A stretch of 64,000 bases of DNA from Takakia lepidozioides (GCA_030704615.1 CM060734.1:55304001-55368000), one strand, 5' to 3'. Shown: positions 37,623-51,581, counted from the first letter of the stretch. Translations and numbers: made by a program. Notes: a model not told the origin generated them from the letters alone.

Positions 37623-39880
37623 ATGGCGACAGGAGCAATCTCTGTTACGATGGGTGCGACGGGAAACGCTGCCTGGCCTTGTGAATCTAAGCTGGAATTA
37701 CGCTCTTTAGGGCGGGTTGGTCGGACGGCAATGTATAGTGGGTCGTTGCCCGTCCCGCTTCGATGCTGTAACCGGGGTTCCACTGTGGTCTTCGCAAGCG
37801 GGGCGCCTGACAGCCTCCAGAGTATGAATTTGTTCGGGGGTAACAGGTATTGATCTACATTTTCATGCTTGTTACACCACCTCGTTCAGTTTGCGGTTCT
37901 AGGGACTTCTGTATCAAAATGATGCATTGGGAAGGTATGATTTAGTCTTCGGCCTTGATTGGTAAAGGTATGTTTCTCGATCTACCGTCCTTTTATTCCT
38001 CCTGTCAGGACACAGCTCACAAATTATGCGAGTAGTCTCCACTTCTTGGACATAATTTGTTGGTAAAACGTATCTCAATTTGGAAGTCGTTTAGAAAGAG
38101 AGAAAGAGAGGGGGTTAGAGCCTTTGGCAATGTAGCCAGGGTAGCTACAGCACTCCCGGAGCTTCACTTGATGGGTCTGGATTGCGAAGTAGTGTTAGCT
38201 CCTTAGGATGTGGCCATAAGGCTCTTGCTTCAAGTTTGAAGAATGGTAGCAGAATAAAAGGAAGTCGTGGTTCCACAAATTGTCCAAAACAGAGATGTAT
38301 GGCTTATCGTCTCGAGTGTGTTATCTAGTTTGTTATCGACAATAGCTTGATTATGAAGCCGGAAAATATTGTCTGAGCTTCCTTTCTTTTTTATATCATT
38401 TTTACCATTTCTTCTGTAATACCCCAAGTGAAGGTAGCTTTGCGACTCTTAACAGTTTTTCTTAATTGCGCGTTTTAAGAGGGTTCTGGGGTATGGTGTT
38501 GGGGGGTAAAGCTCACATCACTAGGATCAATGGGTGGTTGTTAACTGCAGCATGTCGGAAGCCTTTGAAATGGAAGAGAAAGTGCGGGACTATGAACTGG
38601 ATCAGTATGGAGTTGTGAACAACGCCATCTACGCAAACTATTGCCAGCATGGTTGGTCCATTTGCTTGTCTTTTCCCTTCCTTGGCCTCTTACAGGCTAC
38701 ACCCAAGGGTTGACACTGTGTTGGCTCTCAACTTCAAGTCAAAATAAAATGCTGGAGGGAGGGATTGTGCATTTCCTACATGGGGAGACTCTATTCTTAC
38801 AGAGTACTGAATTGATATGAGGCAGGATTCCTGAGATTTGCAGATCTTTGCTGACCTGGAACACATGCCATGTGTGTGGTATTTGGCAGCCCGGCATGAA
38901 TTGTGTGAAGCTGTAGGATTGAGCCCAGATCAAATTGCTCGAACTGGCAATGCCCTTGCTCTGTCCGAGATGTCGTTAAAGTATCTTGCACCTCTCAGAG
39001 TATGCATTCTTTGCCTTCCATAATTGTTTGGGCTGTATGGTGATACAGGACAGTAGTCTTGTCCTGTTGGTGTCCATACAGCTTGGCAGTTCAATTACTT
39101 GGTTGTGGTCAGTGTAACTATTAAAGAATGTAATAGGGGCTGATTATATGTGAGCTACCTCCAAATGTCATAGAGAAAAGGGAGATCTAAGCCAGGATGG
39201 TGGGCATGATGGGTACAGCCAGAGTGGTGATCGTTTTATAGTGACAGCAAGAATTACAGGATCATCAGCGGTGCGCCTCTTCTTTGAGCATCGAATATAC
39301 AAGCTTCCTGACAGAGAGGTGGGTTTGTTATTGTTGAACCTCCAAGTTCGAGTGTTCACTGTGGGTTAGGAGATTAGTATGTTCCTCCCAGGATGTGGAT
39401 GTTGAGATGGTGATCCAGAGGTTTGGGAGCACCTAGCTGCTTTTGGTTATTTAGGTTGAAATGAGGTAGCAGCTAGCACCAACTTCTGACTATTGGCTGC
39501 AAGTTTCCTACGGACCTCTTTGTTAACAATTCTGTAGTTTTTGAGCATGTGGTTTTTTTTTTTTTTTTTTTTTTCTTTGTGTATAATGCAAAGCATACAT
39601 CCTGCTTGTAGTAATTGTACATATCATGGTTCCACTAGTCTGAATGTTCCAGTAGTCCAGGTTTACATGAAGGTAGTGGCCATGAGCATGCATGAAGGTA
39701 GAAAATTAGAGCATTTGAGCTGAGTGGGTGTGGTTTGTGCAGCCTGTACTCGAAGCAGCAGTCACTGTAGTATGCCTTGACAAAAAGTACAAGCCGACTC
39801 GCTTTCCTGCAGATTTCAAATCCAAGCTTACTCTTATGATGCGCAATGGCCACAAGGCTACGGCAAACAACCTGTTATGA
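37623..39880 (+). CDS. Acyl-lipid/acyl-ACP thioesterase (ALT/ATL-type single hotdog fold) with transit peptide. Exons 37623-37846, 38551-38651, 38890-38999, 39223-39318, 39743-39880
   Basis: [28 protein letters not shown]...[18 protein letters not shown]...[22 protein letters not shown]. All GT-AG junctions are in phase. Confidence 0.93.
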
Positions 39881-39886
39881 GTACAT
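39847..39886 (+). mobile_element. 40-bp extreme 3' end of the RTEX-like LINE with 15-bp TSD, inside the last thioesterase exon
   Basis: tggccacaaggctacggcaaacaacctgttatgagtacat; TSD tcttatgatgcgcaa at 39832-39846 and 39887-39901. Confidence 0.92.
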
Positions 39887-40669
39887 TCTTATGATGCGCA
39901 AAGAAACAACTGTATTGCGGTAATTTGAAGAGTCAGGCAAGGGGTAATAAACAAGCTTGATCCATATCAATGTTGGCTGCAAGCCATCTGATCTTAGGTA
40001 GAAATTGACTCTAGCAAAGCTGCAAGCAGACCGCTGTGAGCGTGCATGCAACAAACATGTCATGTTGCAACTCCAATTACATATGTTTATGATTGTCATA
40101 CTCATCAGAGTGAATCGTTCCTAGCTGCTCCTGCTTATTACAACTTCTCTCTGGCAACTCAGTACTCTTAACGAAGATGCACATGTAAGTGGAGGATGAG
40201 AAGCTGCTTATACTTTATCGTGGAACTGCCTTGATAAAACCCAATTGCTCTTACAGCGGGAGCTTGGGAAGAACTTCGTTGGAATGCTTAGTTGTATGGT
40301 ACTTTTAGCTCCTGACATCAGTACGGAGCAGCATACTTTTAAACACTAATGTTTGAAGCTGCAGCTGGAATGATTACGAAACCTTTGGTTGTAAGACAAG
40401 GAGACCAAGCAGTTAAATCAGATGTTTATCTGTGGTCTCCGCATTTTTAGTACAGAAGTTGGTCAGCATGTTTTGGATGGGATGTGGCTTCTTTGTCGCA
40501 GCTGAAGCTCAGGGTCAAGCGAGCATGTTGAGGCAATGAGCTTTTTCCGTCAGTACAAGGTAATCTCACATGAATGTACGAATAGATAGTGCTGCCATTT
40601 TGTCTAGTTCCCTTGCAGGGAGTAGGATGGTTAATCAACTGTCTTGAATAATAGGACTAAGGGTGACCA

Positions 40670-41097
40670 AGTGCAGTGGACGCGTGAGAAAACCCGAATT
40701 AGGGAACGTTCCATAGTGGATTATATCAATGAACAAAAAATTATTTCCCCAGAGTGCCAGTGTGTTGATCGACAGAACTGATATTGGTACCTCTGACCAC
40801 TTCCTGGTTTGGATTGAGATCAAAAGGTGTTTTTCCAACACCAAGAGATCTGTGAAACGTTCGATTCAGAAGTGGCGCATAGAAAAATTGCATAATGAAG
40901 AGGTCAAGGCTGAGTATGTCCAGGCCTTGCAACATGCTCTCCTTGACTTTGTCCACTCGCTCCAAGACCTTAAGTCTTGCTCCGACAATGGAAGAATTAA
41001 AGTCGAAAGAGTAGTGGACTCTTGGGAGAGTTTTGTCTCCTCTGTGGCTGACAAGATCATTGGGAGGAAACTAGTTGTCTGTGGTAGAGCTGTTAAG
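40670..41097 (+). mobile_element. LINE apurinic-endonuclease C-terminal fragment, probably the same or a related RTEX-like family
   Basis: SIVDYI...DRTDIGTSDHFLVW...KWRIEKL...IGRKLVVCGRAVK. Confidence 0.75.
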
Positions 41098-42105
41098 GCC
41101 CAATGAGATTAAAGTGTATATACTGCGCACCAGTCCAATACCCAGACGGTGTGAATAATGAAGCGCTTATACGACTTGCAAAATGTTCTTGTCACGACCC
41201 AACAACAAACTAACGTATTGATGGAGGAGTTTAAACAAAAAAGACAATCAGTGACAATCAACGTTCTAAGACTGATTGCCTGTGGGTCAGATATATGTAA
41301 AATGTGACTAAGACGTGCAAGGTCAAGCCGTATAAAAGAAATTGCGCAATTTGAGTGTTAGGAGGATGGATTTATCGAATGAAGATACACTTATCGTATC
41401 TATACATCAAGTGATTTGGATCGTGAACTATTCTTTCGATCATTTCTACTCAACAATATATCAACATGGTTACAGACGTGGGAGAGGAAACAAAATTACA
41501 AAATGAGTTCACATTCACTATCAAACACATTAAGGGATGGATTGCTCCAACAATTCATTGAGGCAATTGATGTTGCTACAACTGCCCAAATGATATTATC
41601 GAATTTGAAAGAACGAAGCAGTGATTATCATGAGGACCTCCGGCCAAACAAGAAGGCTAACAAGTTTCCATCGTAAAGCATTGCCAGAAATTTTGTTAGT
41701 ATTTATTGTGCCGTTAAAAAGTAGAATTCATCGAAATGCACCCCATCATCTCCATGGAGTGCATTCCAAAATGCAGAATGCACGGCCATTAGATTTTTTT
41801 AAAATTTTTGGGCTTTCTTTATGCAGGGTAATGCCCCTTGTGTGGTGCATTCCCTGATTTTCGGGCCTTCCCCTATTGGCATCATGCCCTTAAATCCGGG
41901 AATGCGGGTATTACCCCAGACAAAAAATATTTAAAATTCAATATCTCCCAAACCGCAGGTTTGAAACCACCTGGATGCACCCCTATTTATCGAGGGCTTG
42001 CTTGTAGTATTAACGGAGATCTCAACAACAAACCATAACAAACCAACAAAACAAAGCAAACCAACAAACTAACCTGCTGAATATATCGATTGTCATGTCC
42101 ATTTC

Positions 42106-42304
42106 AATCCAAGGGTCTTCCATTTCCATGTGCACTATAATTGGGTTTTTTATGCACTTCTCTTATTCATGTCCAAAGGTCTTGTGCAAAATACTGTCAA
42201 TATACTTCAATCCAAGGGTCTTCCATTTCGATGTGCACAATAATTGGGTTTTCTATGCACTTCTCTTATTCATTTCCAGAGGCCTTGTGCAAAATATACT
42301 GTCT
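42106..42304. repeat. ~102-bp tandem duplication (two copies)
   Basis: caatccaagggtcttccatttc.atgtgcac...gtgcaaaata at 42106 and 42208. Confidence 0.85.
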
Positions 42305-43950
42305 CTGACTCATGAAGCTAGAGGAGCTGCACGCGAGTCTCAGTTGCCTTTATTGGCGACAAGATCATTTTTACAACCAAATGGTTTACAACAGGTAAAA
42401 TTTTCCAAAAGGCAACTCTCAATCCAGACATGGCCAGGATTGAAGAAGGGACACTGTTCAGAGATTTCTCCTCGGTCCCTACACTGAAAGGCGAGGTGGA
42501 GCTCGTATAGCCTGGAAATTCAAACCAAACTATCTCCCAAGTCAATAGCTGTGAGAGGAATCTGATTACACCGGAGACCCTACAGATTCATGTGGGGTCG
42601 CATTGGTATAGTAGCCTATCGCAGCTGTGAATCAATTGACTCCATCACGCATGACAAGCACCCTGAGCTTCTTGGAGCTAACAAAAGACAATCCTGGCAA
42701 TGTGCCTCGTAATAAAAGTCTTATCAAATTTGGCTCCATGCTTGCCGCCTCCAGGAGCTGTTGCACTCTGGCAGGCTAGCATAAAAGTCCGGTATGCCAG
42801 GACTTCTTGTCCATATCTTCACTCATTATCCCAGGCCCTGCAAACCACCAAGCCGAGGTTTCATCAGCGATTGCAGATGGGGGACGTCAGATATAAGAAG
42901 CAACTTCTACCTCACTGTCACAAACCCGGATGTGCCGGTTGGGTATGTGATGCCATGTACTCCCTGCAGCAAAGCATCGCATCATCCACTTCCTGCACTT
43001 GTGCACTGCGTTCTAAACAGTGCAAACTAGTATGAAAGGGACACCTGCTCATTCGTTTTCCGTTAAATAGGTCTTTGACCCATTAATCCACTTCTGAATC
43101 TTGGGAGGGAAAACAAAAACTCAAAATACTGCTAAAGAATTTTGCTGGGGGACACTGCATATATCCCAGGTTGCATGGAGCCAAGACCTTATAATCAACT
43201 AACACAGTTGATTAAATAACCCTGGGCTCCATCAGGGCAGATCGGGGGGTAAAAAAACCCCCCTGGTGGCCTTTGCAGCATAAGTTTAGCAACATTTGGC
43301 TGGTTACATTGCCTTCCCACAACAAGAAGGAAAAAGCCCCATCAAATACAGACATACTGTTGGCAACAGACGTGCGGAAGAATGAAACTCAAGCAAGAAC
43401 TATACTGTGGATGCACAACGGAAACATGGAGATTTCCGAATCCTGCTTGCTTGGCTGTGCATATACAGGTGCCCATGCTAGGAGCCCAAGACTATGGAGT
43501 AGAGTTGAGGTCATGCAAGTACTTCTAGACGAATCTATGATAGATATTGAGTAAGACTGTATGAAGCCATCACACACTACCCAGGACAGTAGGCTGCCCT
43601 TCTATATGTGGACAAGAAGAACAAAAAGGGACCCCAAACCCATGGGAGAACAATAATACTGACTGGCACTAACCACTATGAAAACTTCACTCCAAGCCAC
43701 AAAACAAGCAAATGTCACACCGATACCACATGCATAATGAACATAACAGCAAGTCCAGCCAATCCATTTTGACTTGAATAGACTCCTCAACAGAGGAAAT
43801 CAACAGCAGCGCCAGCTGTTCTGGTAAAGGATCCAGAGGACCAAACTACCCGGCGAGACAAGTAAAGAGGCTGCTCCCACACCATAGCCTAGGATTCGGT
43901 TGTGATTTATGCGGGTGCTCCCAAAACGTGGGAGCAGCCTATACACACAA

Positions 43951-46900
43951 TCATGGAGGGTTCAACACCTTGTTGGTAATATCCAGAATACTTGCCTGTG
44001 AGTCAAATGTATTGGAGCAGCCAGAGAATGCCGGCTGAGCACTTCTCCCTTCAAATCGCCAGTCACTTGGACTGCTGTGTTGCTGCACTGCTTCCTCCTG
44101 GCAAGATGCCTCTGCTAAGGGCACTGAACTCAGGTTCGTGTCTATCCAAGCCAACCTGTCAATGGAACTTGGACCCTGTTGGCCGGTATTTGCTTCACCA
44201 GCGAGAGCAACAGTATCCAGTTCTTGCCATGATGATGCGGAACAGCTGCTGCTAGGTAGTGAGTTTAAGGCTGCCTCCTTCCCTGCGACTCCTCCAGAAG
44301 CTGAACCCCTTGCATCCCCTACTGCATTTCGCTCCAACAAAATGCTGCCAACACATGTTTCCTTCCCCAGACGCTTGCAAGAGGACGGCAGACCAGAGTC
44401 TGATAAAGGCCTTTTTAAGCTCTTCTCTCTTTGGAGGGGCTCTGGCATGTTGATATCTTCATCGCACTCGACTGCTCGGATCACCACTTCTTTCTCCATG
44501 CTTTGTGCATCAGCATTCTTGACATATGAGCCTCCGTTCCCTGCAAATATTAGGGGAAACTCATGACCCAGAGTCAGAATAGTCATCCTTCAGAGGACAG
44601 ATCTGTAAGGAAGAATGAAAGACAACTGCTGGCAGATCGCTGCTTTGTCATGTGAAAATCACAAAGGATTACATGAAGGCTCAAAATGGGCCATGTAATC
44701 GTACTGCATCCATGACTTACTGATGGATAGGACAAGGTTACCATGATACTGAAGAAAATATGCTCCAATAGCACGCTTCACATACATGACTGCAATAGCA
44801 ATGAGCATTACACAGGACTTACCAAGCACATTGCATTAGCTTGCACTAATAGGGGTCCAATCTTGGTACACCTACGTATAGAAGGACTAACTAATCAAAA
44901 TAGAACCATTTTACCTTTAACTTAAATGAGAGTGGATAAAAGGAGTTACTTATCAAAATAGAACCCTTTTACTCTTGACTTAAATTAGACTGGATAAATG
45001 GAGTCAACTTCAAAAAGACCCATCAAGTAAAGAGCTTTCCAAGTATAGTTTGATGAGCTAGACATGCTAGACCTCCAAACACTCTTTAGTGATCCCTCTT
45101 GGCTGGTGGAAAGATCTGTCTAAGATCTGCCTATCATACCCTGCGTAGTGGTCCAAGTATGGAATCACCAGAACTAAGTGCTACACTTCCTGGATAATGA
45201 AAAAAGATTGTTTTGGATCTAGCTCCAAAAGCATATCCATTTCTGCGGTAACGAATGAGAGCTTCATACAGCTTCAGTCCCATCAAGACGAATACCAGCC
45301 AAACTACACACTACCCAACAGAGCGAAGAGAATTTTGGCCTACTGCCAGCATGCTCTCTCTCTCTCTCTGAACAGCAAACAGAAGCCACAAGGCTACAAG
45401 GCTACGGGTCAATGGCCACAAGGCTACGGCAAACAACGTCTTAATAGTACAATCTGAACAGCAAACAGAAGCAGAGAGGAAAGGGAGAGTGCAATTGCCC
45501 GTTGTGTGGGCAATCTGAAGACAGTATTCATTTTCTGATACACTGTCCGGGGTTCTCTCACCAAAGAGACGCTCTCTTCAAATCTATCAAGGGAATTGTG
45601 CCTGTACCCCTGTTTACCAACTTTGAAAGTCTCGGGGCCGAGCCAAAAGCCCAGGCCCTCCTGAGGCCTAGTTTTTGGGCAAATCACACACAGCAGATTG
45701 ATGCTTGTGTGAAGGGATTTCTAGAGGATATCTGGAAAACCCGGATTAATTCTATATATGAAGGTAAGTCTTACTACCAACGTCAGCCCCTGACAGAGGT
45801 AGGTTCTGTCCCTTTTGTTCCCGCTTAAACTGGGCGCGGGGTCAATGGCCACAAGGCTACGGCAAACAACGTCTTATGAGTACAATCTCTCTGACATGGG
45901 GGAGGACATCTTGGATGACCTCAAGGGTCTACCCACTCTCGGCACTAGACTGAAATTTAAACTCAGGGCAGGAAGCCTACCTTTGAACAGCAAACAGAAG
46001 CATAGAGGAAGGGGAGAGTGCAATTGCCCATTGTGTGGGCAATCTGAAGACAGTATTCATTTTCTGATACACTGTCCGGGGTTCTCTCACCAAAGAGACG
46101 CTCTCTTCAAATCTATCAAGGGAATTGTGCCTGTACCCCTGTTTACCAACTTTGAAAGTCTCGAGGCTGAGACAAAAGCCCAGGCCCTCCTGAGGCCTAG
46201 TTTTTGGGCAAATCACACACAGCAGATTGATGCTTATGTGAAGGGATTTCTAGAGGATATCTGGAAAACCCGGATTAATTCTATATATGAAGGTAAGTCT
46301 TACTACCAACGTCAGCATTGTTTCCGCTCAAACTGGGCGCGGGGTCAATGGCCACAAGGCTACGGCAAACAACGTCTTATGAGTACAATCTCTGCCACAG
46401 ACTAACCGAACACTAGTAGTTTGACCTGTCTGACAAATCTCATATAGTGGGTCAAAAGTATGTTCATAATATGTAAGGTGCTACACTTCCATGATGATCA
46501 ACAATAATTGTTTTGGGCCTAACTCAAAAAGTATGCACATGCTGTAAAGAGCGATAGTTTTTTTTCCGAAAAACAGCAATAATGTTGAAACTATACACTC
46601 TCCCAATGAAGGGAGAAAACTTGGGGATAGTAATGTGCTGATCTCCTCCCTAATGAATGCACAAATGATTGAGATCAGCGTTTGATGACAAGCCAAGTCC
46701 CTTATAAGACAGCAGCATGAGTCAAACCGTTCCTTTAAAGGGCCCTGATACCTTCATGCCTACGCACCCAAACAAAACATATATCAATCTCTTGCCCTCA
46801 CTTCATTGATCCTTGTCTTGACCCCTTATTAACCATCTTTGATGGTGTCTGCAAATCACCACAACACACCGCACCAAACCAGGCTAACTGGCTACTCACC

Positions 46901-49900
46901 ACATAATCTTGGCTATCTTCCTCCACTGTAAAGCTTGAACCTGTTTCTACACATTTACCATCACCTTGATATGTTACACTCATACCCGACATAGAGAGAA
47001 CAAATCCATCAACTCACCATTTGCTACAGGAGGGCAGGCTTTCATAGTCCTCGACTCATGTTCCTCATCTTGTTGAAGAGGTACAACTTTCTGATTGGCC
47101 CTTTCAGGAATTATGTCAGTGATCTCAGAAGCTCTCTCTGCACCTTGTGTCTTGTATGGGGCAATGTGATGTGTTGTTAGCTGCAGCGAACCCAGCAAGT
47201 CATTCTCTATAACTTCATACCTGCAAGGACAACTAAACATCAGTGCTCAAGGAACTGGGTCTACAAGTGATGATACTTCACTCTTATCTCACCACTACAA
47301 ATTCCATACATGTCAAGAGGCAAATTGGACAACTTGCTAAATGCACTGAGCACATGATCTCACACAGACACTTAGTCCAGAGAGAAAGGAAGAGGTGGAA
47401 AATAAAGGTGAGTGGGAGAGAAACTGTACATTCGTCTGCAAAGTGTGTCTGTAAGCGCAGTGAGGTTGATAACTTCCATGCGCATTTCCCTTACGTGGCT
47501 GTCATCAGTGTGCAGCTCCAAAGGAGTCTCCACCAGCTTTGACAGACGTTCCACTGTTTCCTCTAACTGCTGTTGCTGGTCTTCAAAAAGGTTTTGGTTG
47601 ATGACATTCTGCTCCACTGAGATATCATCCTTGAACAGATCATTACCAAACATGAAATATGCTAAGGCAAAGGAATATGAAAGGGCTCGTCGTGCCCTAA
47701 ACAGTCTTTGCAAGCCATTTGTGAGCCAACTGTAATCTTTGACGAGATATTCACTAGCTTCTAGTGCGGTGATCTTGGCCTGGACTACCTCTCGTTGCTT
47801 TTCCTCAAACTTCAGGGAGTCCATATGCCCTTTCCAACGTGAGTGATAGTGAATATAACGCTTTAAGTCACGCTGCGCTCTTGCAGCTTCTTTTTCTTTC
47901 TCTTCCTTGAAGCGGCCACAGCTGTGTCCCTCAATGCTATTCCAGTTGTGTTCTCGGCCTGTTGCCGCGCCACAAAGCCAACTGCAAACCCCATGCAACA
48001 CGTTGAGGCATGAGAGTCTAATATTTTTGTTTCACATACAGATTTCAGCATACGGTTTTGTACAGACTGACCTAAGGCAGGTATGTACCATGAGTGAACT
48101 ATCCAAGGAACCAACATTTAAGGAAAAAAAAATCAGTAAAAGAGCTGCACCTATTGCAATGCCAAGCACACATTACTTGGCAAGGGGAGAGCTTACACTG
48201 TTTGTAACGAACCCTAATATCCAGCAGTGGTCCCTATATAACACACACCTCCGTTGGCATTGGAGCAAGGAAGGGGCTTGTTTCCCCCCCTTGTTACATA
48301 ACTTTTTTGCAATAAATTGAGAAAAGGTAAAGAAAAGGAAGGGGAAAGAAGAGTTTCAGTTGGGGGGAGGTCTACCAGAAAGCCTGGCCACAAATGCAGC
48401 CCACCAGATTGCAACCTCCATTCTTTTCCACTGGTTTGTGACATTTTGGACAAGGCTTAGTGTGGACAGTGAGCCAGTTGACCGTCTCTGATTCATCTTT
48501 GCACTTCTTGTCCCACAGTGTCCACATGAGACATGAGCATGGTGAGTGGGGCTCTGCCATGCAGTTGAAGCAAAACTGCTGCCCACAAATACACTCAATT
48601 TCACAGTAGGGCTCGCCTTCCACTCGGATTGCATTTCCACAGTGAGGGATGCTAGGGCACCATTTCACTTTGGCATTGTCTTCTATATATGATTCCAACA
48701 AGAAACGTTCATAGCGTTCCACTGATTCAGGATCTTGAGCACCAACCAGCCTCCGAACTTTATCCTCATCACAAATTGCACCACACTGGTGCTCCATACA
48801 TGTCACTCGCCGGCTCTGGCCCTCCTTGATTTTGATGATGAAGTATTGTGTCCAGCCTGAGTAGTCCCCCCATTTTCCAAACATCAGACTCTCACCTCAA
48901 TAAAGAACAAAGCTTGGAAGCACCCTGCAAGAAAGCTTAAGCAACATGACAGCCTTGCTAAGGATATCCACCTCTTCAGTTTTCAAGAAAGCATTAGTGT
49001 ACTCATAATTACCAAAAGCCAATTACCAATACCCATAACAATATACAAATGTCATATGAAGCTTGCACATACATTCATCACAGAAGGTGTGCCCACAATC
49101 CATTTGGGTGGCCTCAATCTGGCGGACATCATCAAGGCACGTTCCACATCTGACAAAAGGACCAGAGATGCAAATCGTGGGTCGGCTGGAACTGTCGTCT
49201 GGTGGTGGCAATCCTGCCTCCAGAAAAATTTGATTTGTTCCTTTCTCTGCAAGCTTACCAAATAAACTCTCCACATCCCAGCGGTGATGTATAAGCAATG
49301 TGCGTGCATGCCGTTGTCGTATTGCCAGGAAATCCGCAACCTTCCGCAGATCCTCACCCTGTACATGTTTCAGGATACCATATTGTGGCATAACAACTCA
49401 GAAACATGTGGAAGATAGTAAAGTAACCCATTCAGACCCCAAACAGTGTGAGAATGGCTCACTAGGATGTCTGCTTCAGGAGAAGCAGAAAACTCCATTA
49501 AAGCCGTAGCTTTTATTTGGAAATATTTTATCTTCCTTTCAAAGGCTGGCCATAAGTCACACCAAAATGTACAAGTGGTGGAAGTTCTCTCTCTCAAAGA
49601 CCTACAGACATGCAATCCTGATTTAATTTCTGAAATAATCTGAAGCTGCAGTGCAGGAATGGCGTAGCCTGAGATGGCAAAGAAAGACAAACCTGGGCGG
49701 TGAGAAGAGATGCTTTAGTAATGACCTGCCAAAACCGTTCTGTATTAGAATATTAACCAACATAGACTGCTCTGACAAACTACTGATGTTGAAAAGTAGG
49801 GGCGAATTTCCCCACAATAGACTCTGGACTGTGCAGTCTGCGGACTGTGCAGTGACATGAAACTCGACTAAACAACATCAGCCCAAACAAACGTAAGGAT

Positions 49901-50500
49901 ATTTCAAGGCATCATAACTCAGACATAAAAATCTTCCAATCAATAAGCTCCATCACTTGACAGGTTATTTAATTGAAGGCCCCCACAGTATCCGGAGGTG
50001 CAGCAGGAACAGATCTGCAAGAGTGCATATGTTATGAAATCCATAGAAGAGGAAGCCCTTGATTATTGTAACCTTAGAACCAAACGCTGCAAACTCTTTC
50101 CATACTGTTCTCTATTCTAAGGCTGTTGGAACAGAGTTCCAAAGCTACTGCATTGATTCCCGGAAACATGGGCCGGTACAGTCTAATTCGAAGAACTCGT
50201 CCTTCGAAAGAAAAACGCTTTCCCAACTCTCACGCTTAGTAGCCACATGGACGAGGACATCCAGGAAATCGAGGTCTTTCCGCATACAAATTTCCTTCCT
50301 TATGATTGAGCATAACAGGGCATGAGCACCTCATACACAGCCAAACAGAGGAACAAAGCCAATGAGGTTTGGCACGGAATTCTAACCTTGTGGCAAAGCT
50401 CCGGCTCCTCCTGATGTGCTACGACGTCTTCATCTTCCCCTATGTAAGTCCCCTCGTCCTCATCATCGCTTGAATATGTACTCCATCCGTCGTCGCTCAT
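43951..50500 (-). CDS. ARI: ARIADNE-family RBR E3 ubiquitin ligase. Exons include 50500-50387, 49725-49693, 49358-49073, 48856-48376, 47981-47430, 47220-47018, ~46965-46900 and last ~44540-43951 (3' structure uncertain)
   Basis: Acidic N-terminus; VITKASLLTAQ; RING1 (CGTC...CGHTFCDECW); IBR (KWCPSIPHC...FCFNC...HSPCSC); RING2 ([31 protein letters not shown]); Ariadne domain (LKRYIHYHSRW). Confidence 0.93.
45387..46388 (+). mobile_element. Three head-to-tail RTEX-like LINE 3' fragments (45387-45452, ~45455-45885, ~45892-46388) in an ARI intron
   Basis: Each ends ...gtacaa|tct. The cluster is preceded by (CT)n at 45354. A 20-bp TSD tctgaacagcaaacagaagc lies at 45367-45386 and 45453-45472. Confidence 0.9.
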
Positions 50501-51473
50501 GACTTTTCCCTGATATCGACTCGGACACACCTAGTTCTATGTACACTGCTCTGCCTCTTACAATTATCTTTCCAGTGATAGCACAGACTCCGTCCCCATC
50601 ATGCAATCAGGCACCGCAAATTCGAAAGCGATTTCAAGCGAAGGTCAGCTCTCCCAGATCCCCTCCGCAAATATCTACGGCCTCGGATGTTACATACCAA
50701 GAAATTACACTACCATCACACTGCACAGCGTCCTCTGTCTTGCGAGCGAGGGCTCAGCCTTTCCCACAATCCTCCAATAACTCACAAAGCGGCCACGAAA
50801 GCCCTAAGACAACAACTCGAGGTGGACCAGAAGGTGGGATGCAGCACTTGAAGGGGAAAAAGGACGGGCCGTCTGTGCCTAAAAGAAGAAAAAGAAAAAA
50901 AAGCCGCTCCTCTCGCCACAATCCTTACCTCTTCATCCACTGGCCCACGCTACGGGAGAGCTACCGATGTCAGAGTTGTTGCAAGACGATCATTGCGACA
51001 CACATGCAGCGAGAGGAGTCGACGGTGCCGCATGGGACAGCTTCGCCCTGCGTGCGCAACTTGCCCTGACAATCACAATGCTCTCCTCCGCGACAGAGAA
51101 GATCCGGGTGGGGCCACTCCAGGCCCTTCCTTTCCTCGGGTCCCGGAAACACGTGAGGCTCCACACCGGCCCCTTCCTTGGGTTACCCCGCGCCTCTGAC
51201 CTGGTAATCATTAGCAGCTCATTTTTATACCATGCTTTTAATTTGACTTCCTTTCAAACAATTTTATTCCTCTAATTAGCTAAATTGATATTTGATATAT
51301 ATATATATATCTGTTTCCTTATAGGGTGACGCGGATGAGAAGACCGAACGCAAAAGTCCTTTCCTTTTAGTACTCGCCGGCATAATAATACTAATTAATT
51401 ATGAATTATGAATTTTCTGTATTTTCTTACGCATCCAATTGGTTCCTTTGAGTAATAATAATAATAATAATAT

Positions 51474-51581
51474 CCACCAGTCGGTAGCGCAGTTGGATAG
51501 GGCACGGACTAGCCCCAGATGATCTGTGTTCAAATCCTGTTACCTTGTCGGCTGTGGTGTAATCGTATAATCCCTTAAAAA
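51474..51581 (+). mobile_element. tRNA-derived SINE-like element (or decayed tRNA gene)
   Basis: A box TAGCGCAGTTGG (51485), B box GTTCAAATCC (51528) and a short A tail; the T-stem and acceptor stem do not pair. Confidence 0.5.

Noticed and set aside
41100-41990. AT-rich block ending in ggatgcacccta as a Harbinger/MITE
   Set aside because: No matching left TIR or TSD and no recognisable coding motif; left unannotated.
42700-43035. ORF as an additional thioesterase exon
   Set aside because: The thioesterase is already complete at 39880 and this ORF shows no family motif.
51474-51550. Functional tRNA gene
   Set aside because: The acceptor and T stems do not pair and there is no credible anticodon arm.
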